Assembly (NCBI GenBank): GCA_005884155.1
Contig: VAXD01000042.1
Span: 42,060-86,782, forward strand
Source: Actinomycetota bacterium
GTDB taxonomy: Bacteria > Actinomycetota > Thermoleophilia > Gaiellales > Gaiellaceae
Direction of reading: 5' to 3'
Length of the DNA: 44,723 nt
Part shown: positions 31,887 to 40,514 of the stretch, one piece after another
Numbering within the stretch: the stretch's first letter is position 1
How the letters are laid out: every line of letters starts with the position of its first letter
Program-made: the position numbers and the translations under genes
Notes under the pieces: model-generated
The model's input: the letters and a program-made list of their open reading frames with translations, nothing else
What the model was told of the DNA's origin: nothing
Databases searched by the model: none

Positions 31887-33539
31887 GTGGAAGCGGCCCA
31901 CGTCCCCTGGCACCATCTCGGCTCGCTCTTGATCAACCGCGGCCTGCTCAACATCGAGCAGGTCAAGCTCGCGTTCGAGGAGCAGCAGCTGACCGGACGC
32001 CGCCTGGGCGAGATCGCTGTCGGGCACGGCTGGGTCACGAGCGCCGACCTCGCGCACGCGTTGGCCGACCAGTTCGGGCTTGAGTACGTCGACCTTACGG
32101 CGGTCGAGCCCGACCATGACGCCGCGGCGCTGCTCGAGAAAGAGCTCGCGTTCCGCTACCAGGCCTTGCCCGTTCGCTTCCTCGGCGACGGCTTGCTCCT
32201 CGTCACCGTGGCCGACCCGACCGAGGCCGAGCACGCAGAGCGGCTCCGCTTGGCGCTTGGACACGACGTTCGCCTCGCGGTCTCCGAGCCGGGCGAGCTC
32301 GAAGGCGCGATTCGCAGGCTGCACACCCAGTCGGTGCTCAAGGTCGCCGACACCGCAGCTCCGGTCGCGGTGGATGAGAGCACGCCGGCCGTCGCGCTCG
32401 TCAACGAGACGCTCGAGCAGGCGATCTCGGAAGGAGCTTCGGACGTCCACTTCGAGCCGCAGGAGCAAGAGCTCGTGGTCCGCGCGCGGTTCGACGGCGT
32501 CACCCGCGTCGTCACGCGGATCCCGAAAGAGATGCAGCCGGCGGTCGTCTCGCGCCTGAAGCAGATGGCCAAGCTCGAGCTCGCCGAGCGGCGCGCGCCG
32601 CAGGACGGCCGCGCCTCGCTCCGCCTCGCCGGCCAGACGCTCGATCTCCGGATCGCCGCCCTTCCGACGATGCACGGCGAGCAGGTCGTGTTGCGCGTTC
32701 TGCACCGCGCCGTCAAGTCGCCCGATCTCGCGGCGCTCGGGATGACGCCGACGGTGCGCGAGCTGTTCGAGCACGCTGTTCGCCAGCCGCACGGCGCGCT
32801 CGTCGTCTGCGGCCCGACCGGCAGCGGCCGGACGACCACGCTCTACTCCGCGCTGCACCTGCTGAACGATCCCGGCAGAGTCCTGACGACGATCGAGGAC
32901 CCGGTCGAGTACGAGCTTCCCGGCGTGAACCAGGTCGAAGTCGCGGCCAAGGCCGGCCTGACGTTTGCCGACGGCCTGCGGACGATCCTGCGCAGCGATC
33001 CCGACACCGTCCTCGTCGGCGAGATCCGCGACGAGGAGACCGCTCGCACCGCCATGCATGCCGGCATGACCGGCCACCTCGTCCTCGCCGCGCTTCACGC
33101 TCACGACGCGGCCGGCGGGATTGCACGGCTCGCCGATCTCGGCGTGGAGGCGGGTCTGCTCGCGACCTCCGTCAACTGCGTGATCGCGCAGCGTCTGGCG
33201 CGCAGGCTCTGCGCCGACTGCCGCGAGCCGTACTGGCCGACCGACGAGCAGCTCGGGCGCCTCGGCCTGCTCGGGCACAAGGGCCGTGTCTTCTTCCAGC
33301 GCCCGAAGGGCTGCGAGCGCTGCGGCGGCACCGGCTATCGCGGCCGGGTCGCGATCTACGAGGCGCTGCTGGTGACGCCGGAGCTCCGGCGGCTGCTGGG
33401 TGCACCTGCCGACGAGCTGCGCACCGCCGCCGTGCGGGCCGGGATGACGACGCTCCGCCAGGAAGGCGTCCGGCTCTGCCTCGAGGGCGTCTCCTCGCTC
33501 GAGGAGATCGAGCGGATCACCGGCGAGCGCTTCAGCTGA
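31887..33539 (+). CDS. GspE/PilB/MshE-family secretion ATPase with N-terminal MshEN domain; Walker A Lys replaced by Arg
   Basis: 550 aa. A double MshEN motif spans res 10-62. Walker A reads GPTGSGRTT (CGG at 32829-32831). Also present are the Asp box TIEDPVEY, Walker B DPDTVLVGEIRDEET, His box TGHLVLAALHAHDA and the tetracysteine motif CADC...CERC. Confidence 0.88.
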   Translation: MEAAHVPWHHLGSLLINRGLLNIEQVKLAFEEQQLTGRRLGEIAVGHGWVTSADLAHALADQFGLEYVDLTAVEPDHDAAALLEKELAFRYQALPVRFLGDGLLLVTVADPTEAEHAERLRLALGHDVRLAVSEPGELEGAIRRLHTQSVLKVADTAAPVAVDESTPAVALVNETLEQAISEGASDVHFEPQEQELVVRARFDGVTRVVTRIPKEMQPAVVSRLKQMAKLELAERRAPQDGRASLRLAGQTLDLRIAALPTMHGEQVVLRVLHRAVKSPDLAALGMTPTVRELFEHAVRQPHGALVVCGPTGSGRTTTLYSALHLLNDPGRVLTTIEDPVEYELPGVNQVEVAAKAGLTFADGLRTILRSDPDTVLVGEIRDEETARTAMHAGMTGHLVLAALHAHDAAGGIARLADLGVEAGLLATSVNCVIAQRLARRLCADCREPYWPTDEQLGRLGLLGHKGRVFFQRPKGCERCGGTGYRGRVAIYEALLVTPELRRLLGAPADELRTAAVRAGMTTLRQEGVRLCLEGVSSLEEIERITGERFS

Positions 33540-33882
33540 CGTCCCGGATCCGCGCCTGGTAGTCGCGACTGCCGGGCCTCAGCGAGCTCGCCAGCTTGTA
33601 GTGGCCGTTGGCCTCCGCCGGCTTCCCCAGCTTGTCCAGGCAGCGGCCGAGCGCGTAGTGCGCGTAGTCGTCGACCGGCGCGAGCTCGAGCATCTTCCGG
33701 AACTCCGACTCGGCCTCGGCGTACCGGTGGATCCGGAAGTACGCGATCCCGAGCGCCTCGCGGATCGAAGCTTTCTCGGGCTCGCGCGCCTTCGCCTTCT
33801 CGAGCGCGACGGTGGCCTGGGCGGCCCTCCCCTTCGAGAGGTGCTCGCGGCCTTGCTGGAAGAGGTCGAAGACTTCACTCAT
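33532..33882 (-). CDS. Tetratricopeptide repeat protein
   Basis: 116 aa with about three TPR units (AIREALGIAYFRIHRYAEAESEFRKMLELAP, YAHYALGRCLDKLGKPAEANGHYKLA). Its ATG overlaps the upstream stop (ATGA). Confidence 0.8.
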   Translation of the reverse strand: MSEVFDLFQQGREHLSKGRAAQATVALEKAKAREPEKASIREALGIAYFRIHRYAEAESEFRKMLELAPVDDYAHYALGRCLDKLGKPAEANGHYKLASSLRPGSRDYQARIRDVS

Positions 33883-34469
33883 GACAGGTAGGGAAAGTTC
33901 TCCCTCACCAAGTCAAGCGGATCCGTCAAGTCTCGCGTCTTCCCGATCCGGAGCTCGACAACCTGGAGGCCGGCGACGGCGTCGAGTAGCTCGTACGGCG
34001 GGCCCGGCAGGCCGGTGAGGCGGACCGCCTCGGTCAGGCCCCACAGCGGAGCCGTCGATCCGTCCGGCTCGATCGCGAGCGCAGCCTGCGCGCCCGAGGA
34101 CGCGAACGCTGCCGCGAAGCGGCCGAGGTCGCCCTCGCGGTAGCGCTTGTCAGCGCCGCTCACCACCGCCGGCAGGCGAGCGCCGGCGTCGATCGCCCGC
34201 CGGACGGCATCGGCGGAGCCGTCGGGGCTGGGCTGGCGGACGAAGCGCAGCTCGAGGCCGAATGCCGAGCCGTCGCCGAGCAGCTCCTCGACCTGGTCAG
34301 CGAGGTGGCCCGTGACGACCGCGACCGGGCCAAGGCCGGCGGCCGCAAGCTCGCGCATCAGCGCCGCGATCACCGGGACGCCGTCGATCGGCAGGACCGG
34401 CTTCGGCCAGCGCTCGGTCAGCGGCCGTAGACGCCGGCCCTCGCCGGCGGCCATCACCACGGCGTGCAC
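33879..34469 (-). CDS. Nucleotidyltransferase family protein (NTP_transferase/MobA-like, single domain)
   Basis: 196 aa with the N-terminal signature VVMAAGEGRRLRPLTERWPKPVLPI. Its GTG start shares one nucleotide with the transglutaminase stop (TAGTG). Confidence 0.8.
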   Translation of the reverse strand: MHAVVMAAGEGRRLRPLTERWPKPVLPIDGVPVIAALMRELAAAGLGPVAVVTGHLADQVEELLGDGSAFGLELRFVRQPSPDGSADAVRRAIDAGARLPAVVSGADKRYREGDLGRFAAAFASSGAQAALAIEPDGSTAPLWGLTEAVRLTGLPGPPYELLDAVAGLQVVELRIGKTRDLTDPLDLVRENFPYLS

Positions 34470-36706
34470 TACGAGAGGCCGAGCGAGCGCAGCGAGAGCA
34501 GCCCGCGGGCGCGCTCCCAGCCGCTCAACTCCCGGCGCACGTTCCGGCGAACGCCCCGCAGAGACCGCCGCAGCTCCCGCGCCGCCTCGCGCGCAGACCG
34601 AGGAGGCGCAAAGCGGGCCACCGTCGCTTGCAGGCCGAGGGGAGCTGTGTCGACCCCGAGCTCCTCCTGCGTGAGCAGGGTGAGCTCGATGAGCGTGGCG
34701 CTCGGGGAGACCTCGACGTGCTGGTCGAGCAGGATGTCTCTCAACTCGCGGCGACAGGCGGCGGCAACACGGCGCGGGTCCTGCGTCAGGTAGCGCGCCC
34801 GCCGCAGGCCGAACTTGGTCGCGGCGATGACCGCGCCCGCGCCGACCACCAGGAGCAGGAGCAGTGGCAGTAGGCCGGGCGCAGGCCGGGCGTGCCCCAC
34901 GCCGGCGGTCGGCACACCGGGATCGCGCGACAGCCGGACGTCGGGCGAGAACGGTGTCGTCCTCTGCGGGAAGCCGAGCTCACTGCGCCGGTTAGCGAAC
35001 GACCGCAGCCCTCGGTTGCCCGCGAGGACGAACGCCGCCACCGCGGGATCGAAGGAGTGCGACGAGGCCGAGTACGCACCGGACACGCCGCCGCGGCCCG
35101 GCGTGGGGTCGAACGGGACCCAGCCCCAGCCGCGGAACCAGACCTCGACCCACTCGTGCGCGTCGTGGTCGGTCACGACCCACTGGCCGTTCTCGTAGGT
35201 CCCGCTGGCGAACCCGGCCGCGGCGCGCGCGGGGACGCCCAGGTAGCGAAGCATCAGCGCCATCGCCCCGGCGAAGTGCTGGCAGTACCCGCTCTTGGTG
35301 CGGGTCACGAAGTCGACCAGGACCGGCCGGCCCCTCGTGCGGGGCGGATGCTGGTTGTACGTGAAACCACCTCCTGTCCGGAACCAGGATTCGAGCGCGA
35401 CCGCGGCCGCGTAAGGGCTCCGCGCGCCTCCCGCCACGCTGCGGGCCATGTCGTACAGCGGCCGGTACGGAGCGAGCTGGTAGTGCGACGCGAAGAGCCG
35501 GCGGATCGCTTCATCGCGTCCGGGCGAGCCGAACGGCGGCGCCCAGGCGCCCCAGTCGAGCTCGAGATACTCCAGCCGGCTGCTGATCGCCGGCGGGTAC
35601 ACCGGCTTCGATCGCGCGAGCTCCTGCGGCGTCGGCTGCGGCTCGTAGCTCCACACTTTGTACGCGTCGCCGTTATGGAGGGAGCGGTCGAGATACGCGA
35701 CCCCAGACGGGTCGATCGAAAGCGTTCCGAGCTTGGAGGCATTGAAGCTCACCGGCACCTCGGCCGCCGGGAGCCTGACGTCGCGCAGCCCTGCAACCGT
35801 GACCTGCTGCTCGATCCAGTTGGCGGGATCCCCTGCCGCTCGAGGCACCAGACCGGGCTCCCCAACGCCTGACGCGGGCCCGTCGAGGACATTCTCTTCC
35901 CGCCAGCGTCCATCGATCACGCCGTCCAGCGTCGTCACCCGCCAGTACTGGGACCGCGCCGGTGCCTTTATCCGCAGCACGACGGTCTTCTTCCGCGGGA
36001 ACGTGAGGCCGGAGTAGTCGGAGCTCCAGACATAGCTCACGTCCACAGGCTTGACTCCCGGCACATGCAGGTCCCACTTCTGCCAGCGGAGGAACTCGTG
36101 CTTCGCGAGCGCGGGGGACGCGGAAGCCGCTACACCTACGAGGATAATCGCTGCGCCCACTGGTACTTCCCACCCGGGCGCACCGGCTCGGTCGCGCAAC
36201 CCCGCGAACAGCACCAGCAGCGCGGCGAGGATCCCGGCGCCGCGGGAGAGCTCCTGTCCCGCCAGGAGCGTCGCCGGCCAGCCCGCGCCGACGAGCAGGG
36301 CGGTCGCCGCGAGCGCGGGCCGTCTCGCCGCGATTGCGAGGGCAGCCGCCGCACTAAACGCGAAGACGGCTAGGAGGACCGTCCCGTCCATGTTCTGGTG
36401 CGCCGCCGCAGAAAACGGGAGCTGCACGTCGTAGAAGGAGAGGAACCCCGACCAGAGGCGCGAGAGGAGACGCCCCGGGTAATGGGGCCCCGGGCCGAGG
36501 CGGAAGGCGACCGCCCCTGCGACGAGCAGCGCTGCGGCCGCGAGGGGAACGCGCCACCGGCGGCTACCGAGCGCGGGCACGAGCGCAAGTAGGACAAGCA
36601 GCATGGCGCGCCCGCCGCTTCGGCCGTCCTCGAACCGCATCCAGTTCCAGGCGATCGGCGCGGCGGCGACGGCGCCGAGCGCGAATACCTTCGTCCGATT
36701 AGGCAC
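34469..36706 (-). CDS. Transglutaminase-like membrane protein (TgpA-type)
   Basis: 745 aa. The N-terminal half is multi-TM. The transglutaminase core has candidate Cys/His/Asp residues (GYCQHFAGAMALMLRYLG, DHDAHEWVEVWF, WVPFDPTP). A late TM helix and a DUF4129-like tail follow. Confidence 0.88.
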   Translation of the reverse strand: MPNRTKVFALGAVAAAPIAWNWMRFEDGRSGGRAMLLVLLALVPALGSRRWRVPLAAAALLVAGAVAFRLGPGPHYPGRLLSRLWSGFLSFYDVQLPFSAAAHQNMDGTVLLAVFAFSAAAALAIAARRPALAATALLVGAGWPATLLAGQELSRGAGILAALLVLFAGLRDRAGAPGWEVPVGAAIILVGVAASASPALAKHEFLRWQKWDLHVPGVKPVDVSYVWSSDYSGLTFPRKKTVVLRIKAPARSQYWRVTTLDGVIDGRWREENVLDGPASGVGEPGLVPRAAGDPANWIEQQVTVAGLRDVRLPAAEVPVSFNASKLGTLSIDPSGVAYLDRSLHNGDAYKVWSYEPQPTPQELARSKPVYPPAISSRLEYLELDWGAWAPPFGSPGRDEAIRRLFASHYQLAPYRPLYDMARSVAGGARSPYAAAVALESWFRTGGGFTYNQHPPRTRGRPVLVDFVTRTKSGYCQHFAGAMALMLRYLGVPARAAAGFASGTYENGQWVVTDHDAHEWVEVWFRGWGWVPFDPTPGRGGVSGAYSASSHSFDPAVAAFVLAGNRGLRSFANRRSELGFPQRTTPFSPDVRLSRDPGVPTAGVGHARPAPGLLPLLLLLVVGAGAVIAATKFGLRRARYLTQDPRRVAAACRRELRDILLDQHVEVSPSATLIELTLLTQEELGVDTAPLGLQATVARFAPPRSAREAARELRRSLRGVRRNVRRELSGWERARGLLSLRSLGLS

Positions 36707-37892
36707 GGGCGGCCTCTCCGGCCGAGCCTGCGCTCAGCCGGGCAGCGAGGTCGTCGCCGCGGCGCAACAGCGCAACCGCGATCCCGGCGGCCTGCAACCT
36801 CAGCAGCCCCGGAAATGCGCTGCGCATTTCGTCGCCGGCGAAGCTTGCGGAGTCGACGAGCACGACCGAGACGCTTCTGTGGCCGAGCGCGTGGTTGACG
36901 AGCTGCTCCACGAGCGTCGCCGGAAGTGAGCCCGTGACGATGGCGAGCTCCTCGGCGCGGGCTGCCGCGCCGGCCTCGTCGGCGAGCAGGACGCCCAGGG
37001 GCGGGGCCGGCTCGGGCTCGACCGCGGCCAGCAGATCGAGCGCCTCTCGCCGGTCGCCTGCAGAGGAGTGCACACGTTGGTACTCGCGGCGCATGGAGTT
37101 CACGACGAGGACCGCCCGGCGACCGCGGCGGGAATGACCAAACAGGAGCGATCCCGCGGCGCGCACCTGCACCTCGAAGCTCTCGCCGACGACAGCCGCG
37201 GGGTCGGCATCGAGCACGACCGCGACGTCGTCACGCGGGGAGTCCTCGAGCTCCTTCACCATCAGCTGCCCGCGCTTCGCGGTCGACCGCCAATGGACCT
37301 TGCGCAGCGATTCGCCCCGCTCGTACTCGCGGACGCTGTGCAGGTCGAAGCCCGCGGGACGCCGCAGCAGCAGCCGCCGGCCATCCCGGCCCAGCCGCCC
37401 GGACTCGGAGAAGAGGCGATCGAGCTCGACGAGGCGCGGATAGATGAGCAGTGCACCCGGAGCCGAGAGCGGCTGCTCGATCCGGTCGAGCCCGAACGGG
37501 TCCTCGATTGCGACTGTCGTCTCCTCGAAGACGTAACGCCCGCGCGGAAGCGCATGGAGCACGTACGACCTCGCGCTCCGTGCCGGCACCAGCGTTTCAC
37601 GCTCGCCCAGCTTCGAGATGCGCTCGCGCACGACGACGGTAGCGGGGGCGTGCGCGCGCTCGAGCTCGACCCGCAGCCGTACCTGGACATCGTCGCCTTC
37701 GTAGCGCTCGGCGCTCGGAAGGCGTCGCAGCAGAGCGTATGGCCGCCCTGCGAGCCTCGTCCAGACGCGGGCAAGCAGAACGGCGGCGAACAGCCCGAGC
37801 GCGACCGGGTAGAGCGGCTTCGAGCCGAACGCCCACGCGCCGAGATAGGTCGCGCCGCCGAGGAGGAGCGCGAGCCGACCCCGGTGGGTCAT
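36699..37892 (-). CDS. DUF58 domain protein
   Basis: Trimmed from ORF 36699..38006 to ATG 37892, which overlaps the MoxR stop (ATGA). It has two N-terminal TM helices and the DUF58 core FDLHSVREYERGESLRKVHWRSTAKRGQLMVKELE. Confidence 0.88.
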   Translation of the reverse strand: MTHRGRLALLLGGATYLGAWAFGSKPLYPVALGLFAAVLLARVWTRLAGRPYALLRRLPSAERYEGDDVQVRLRVELERAHAPATVVVRERISKLGERETLVPARSARSYVLHALPRGRYVFEETTVAIEDPFGLDRIEQPLSAPGALLIYPRLVELDRLFSESGRLGRDGRRLLLRRPAGFDLHSVREYERGESLRKVHWRSTAKRGQLMVKELEDSPRDDVAVVLDADPAAVVGESFEVQVRAAGSLLFGHSRRGRRAVLVVNSMRREYQRVHSSAGDRREALDLLAAVEPEPAPPLGVLLADEAGAAARAEELAIVTGSLPATLVEQLVNHALGHRSVSVVLVDSASFAGDEMRSAFPGLLRLQAAGIAVALLRRGDDLAARLSAGSAGEAARA

Positions 37893-38851
37893 ACCGGGAC
37901 CGGAGTGCGCTCGAGCGCCTCGCGCACGAGCTCCGCTCCCGCCAGCCCTTCCGCGCGGGCTTCCGGCGCGAGGATCAGGCGGTGCGAGAGCACCGGCCCG
38001 GCGCACGCCTTGACGTCGTCGGGCGAGACGAACTCGCGACCCTCCGCGAGCGCACGTGCCTTGGCGACGCGCAGAAGCGCGATCCCCGAGCGCGGGCTGG
38101 CGCCGAGGTACAGCCGCGCGTCGGTGCGCGTCTGCCCGAGCAGCGCGACCACGTAGCGGTTGACGCTCTCTTCGACGAAGATCTCGGCCGCCTCCGCGAT
38201 CAGCTCGCGCACGCTCTGGGCGGTCGCGACCGGGGTCAGCGAGTCGAGCGGCGGGTCGCTCGTCTGCTCGGTCAGCATCCGCGCCTCATCGGCCAGCGGC
38301 GGGTAGCCGATGTCGACCCGCAGCGTGAAGCGGTCGAGCTGCGCCTCGGGCAGCGGGTAGGTGCCCTCGTACTCGATCGGGTTCTGGGTCGCGAGCACCA
38401 TGAACGGCGGCGCGAGCTCGTAGCTGACGCCGTCGACGGTTACCTGGTTCTCCTGCATGCACTCGAGCAGCGCGGCCTGCGTTTTCGGCGATGCGCGGTT
38501 GATCTCGTCGACGAGCAGGAAGTTCGCGAATACCGGGCCGGGACGAAACTCGAACTCGTTCGTCTTCTGGTTGAAGACGTTGACGCCGGTGACGTCGGAG
38601 GGCAGCAGGTCGGGCGTGAACTGGATCCGCGAGAACGAGCAATCGACAGAGCGCGCGAGCGCCTTCGCCAGCATCGTCTTCCCGACGCCAGGGAAGTCTT
38701 CGATGATCAGGTGCCCTTCGGCCGCGACGCACAGAACGACGAGGCGGAGTGTCTCGTCGGGCGCGTGGACGACGAGCCCGAGATTCTCGGCGATGCGGCG
38801 GATCGTCTCCGCCCCGGCCTGCGGCTCGGCGCCGATCGCCCGCTCGTCCAC
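37889..38851 (-). CDS. MoxR-family AAA+ ATPase
   Basis: 320 aa with Walker A EDFPGVGKTMLAK, Walker B LLVDEINRASPKTQAALLE and typical MoxR sequence (ATQNPIEYEGTYPLPEAQLDRF). Its GTG shares one nucleotide with the coaBC stop (TAGTG). Confidence 0.92.
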   Translation of the reverse strand: MDERAIGAEPQAGAETIRRIAENLGLVVHAPDETLRLVVLCVAAEGHLIIEDFPGVGKTMLAKALARSVDCSFSRIQFTPDLLPSDVTGVNVFNQKTNEFEFRPGPVFANFLLVDEINRASPKTQAALLECMQENQVTVDGVSYELAPPFMVLATQNPIEYEGTYPLPEAQLDRFTLRVDIGYPPLADEARMLTEQTSDPPLDSLTPVATAQSVRELIAEAAEIFVEESVNRYVVALLGQTRTDARLYLGASPRSGIALLRVAKARALAEGREFVSPDDVKACAGPVLSHRLILAPEARAEGLAGAELVREALERTPVPV

Positions 38852-40014
38852 TACGCCGCTCCCAGCCGCTCGGCCACCGCGTCGAGGATAGCCGCCGCGA
38901 TGCGCTCTTTCGCGGCCTTGCCGAGCTGCCGCTCGCCGTCCGCCGAGACGAGCACGACCTCGTTCTCGGCCGCGTCGAAGCCGATGTCGTCGCGCGCGAT
39001 GTCGTTGAAGACGATGAGGTCGACCTGCTTGGCCTCGAGCTTCTCCCGCGCGCGCTCGAGCCCTCGCTCGCCGACGTCGGCCGCGAAGCCGACGAGGAGC
39101 TGGCCGTTCGTGCGCCGCACGCCGAGCTCGCGCAGGACGTCGGTCGTCGGCTCGAGCGTCACCGTCCAGGAATCGCCGTCCTTCGGGCTCTTGCCCGCCT
39201 GCGGGTCTGCCGGCCGGTAGTCGGCGACGGCCGCCGCCATCAGGACCACGTCGGCGTCTCCGCGCGCCAGCGTCTCGCGGGCGAGCTCCTCGGCGGTCGG
39301 CGCGGGAACCACGTCAACTCCTACGGGCGCCGGTACGGAGAGGTTCGCGGCGACGAGCGTCACCTCCGCCCCGCGCCGTCTCGCCTCCGCGGCCAGCGCG
39401 GCGCCCATCCGGCCCGACGAGCGGTTGCCGAGGAAGCGGACGGCGTCGAGCGGCTCGCGGGTGCCGCCGGCGGTGATGAGCACGCGCCGGCCGCGAAGCT
39501 GATCGCGCTTCTCCACCAGCGAGCGGCAGCGCTCGAGGATCTCCTCGGGCTCGCTCATCCGCCCCATGCCGACCTCGCCCTCGGCGGTGTCGCCTTCCTC
39601 GGGCCCGACGAGCTCGACCCCGTGGCTACGGAGAAGCTCGACGTTCGCGCGCGTCGCGGCGTGGGCCCACATGCGCGGGTTCATCGCCGGCGCGGCGAGC
39701 ACCGGCCCATCGAACGCGAGCGCGGTTTGGGTGAGCACGTTGTCCGCGAGCCCCTGCGCCAGCTTGGCGAGCGTGTTCGCCGAGAGGGGCGCGATCACGA
39801 GCAGGTCGGCTTCGACGAGATGCGGGAAGAGCTCGCGCGGCATCTCGCGCCGGGCGAGCGCCTCGAAGGTCTGCGCTGCGACAAAGCGCTCCGCCTCGGG
39901 GGTCAGGATCGGCGTCACCTCGTGCCCCGCGCGCACGAGCAGCCGGGTCAGCTCACAGGCCTTGTAGGCCGCGATCCCGCCCGTGACTCCGAGAAGCACC
40001 CTGCCCATACACAC
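38851..40014 (-). CDS. coaBC: Bifunctional phosphopantothenoylcysteine decarboxylase / phosphopantothenate-cysteine ligase
   Basis: 387 aa with an N-terminal flavoprotein domain (LLGVTGGIAAYK, PAMN..MW) and a C-terminal CoaB domain (ITAGGTREPLD.VR...N.SSGRMG). Confidence 0.93.
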   Translation of the reverse strand: MCMGRVLLGVTGGIAAYKACELTRLLVRAGHEVTPILTPEAERFVAAQTFEALARREMPRELFPHLVEADLLVIAPLSANTLAKLAQGLADNVLTQTALAFDGPVLAAPAMNPRMWAHAATRANVELLRSHGVELVGPEEGDTAEGEVGMGRMSEPEEILERCRSLVEKRDQLRGRRVLITAGGTREPLDAVRFLGNRSSGRMGAALAAEARRRGAEVTLVAANLSVPAPVGVDVVPAPTAEELARETLARGDADVVLMAAAVADYRPADPQAGKSPKDGDSWTVTLEPTTDVLRELGVRRTNGQLLVGFAADVGERGLERAREKLEAKQVDLIVFNDIARDDIGFDAAENEVVLVSADGERQLGKAAKERIAAAILDAVAERLGAA

Positions 40015-40085
40015 ATTCTGCCCTGTGCAGGGAAATCCACCGAGCGACGCCGCGCGTACTCAATGCGTAATCGAAAAGGAGGGGC

Positions 40086-40472
40086 ATGCACAGGAAGCAC
40101 GCAGCCGTAATCGCCATCTGCATGGCTGGGGCGCTGGCCGTCGCCGGAAGCGCGTTCAGCGGCAGGGCGAGCACGCCGACGCTCAAGGGAGTCGTCGGCC
40201 CCGGTTACTCGATCTCCCTGAAGCTGGGCGGGAAAAAGGTCAAGACACTCAGGGCGGGGACGTACAAGATCGTGGTCAGCGACAAGTCGTCGTTCCACAA
40301 CTTCACCCTCGAGCGGGAGCACCCCTCGAAGCCGAAGCTCGAGAAGCACGTCAGCGGTGTGTCCTTCACGGGCACGAAGACGCTGACCTGGACGCTGAAG
40401 CCGGGAAGCTGGCGCGCTTACTGCTCAGTGCACGAGGCACTGATGCACCAGGACTTCAAGATCACGAGGTAG
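40086..40472 (+). CDS. Secreted cupredoxin-like (type-1 copper) protein
   Basis: 128 aa with a signal peptide (AVIAICMAGALAVAGSAFSG). Candidate ligands are His in SSFHNFTL and C-x2-H-x3-M in AYCSVHEALM. The mature domain of about 100 residues looks beta-rich. Confidence 0.7.
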   Translation: MHRKHAAVIAICMAGALAVAGSAFSGRASTPTLKGVVGPGYSISLKLGGKKVKTLRAGTYKIVVSDKSSFHNFTLEREHPSKPKLEKHVSGVSFTGTKTLTWTLKPGSWRAYCSVHEALMHQDFKITR

Positions 40473-40487
40473 CTGCAACGCCGCAAG

Positions 40488-40514
40488 GATGGCCGCCCTC
40501 CGAGGGCGGCCATC
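40488..40514 (+). terminator. GC-rich hairpin 16 nt after the cupredoxin stop (no U-tract)
   Basis: gatggccgccctc-c-gagggcggccatc has 13-nt perfectly complementary arms, giving an effective stem of about 11 bp. No T-run follows, as is common in high-GC genomes. Confidence 0.55.

Noticed and set aside
31857-33278. Upstream 474 codons of the 617-aa ORF that ends as dtd
   Set aside because: Only the last 143 codons (from ATG 31856) look like Dtd. The rest is antisense to the MshE-like ATPase gene and has no features.
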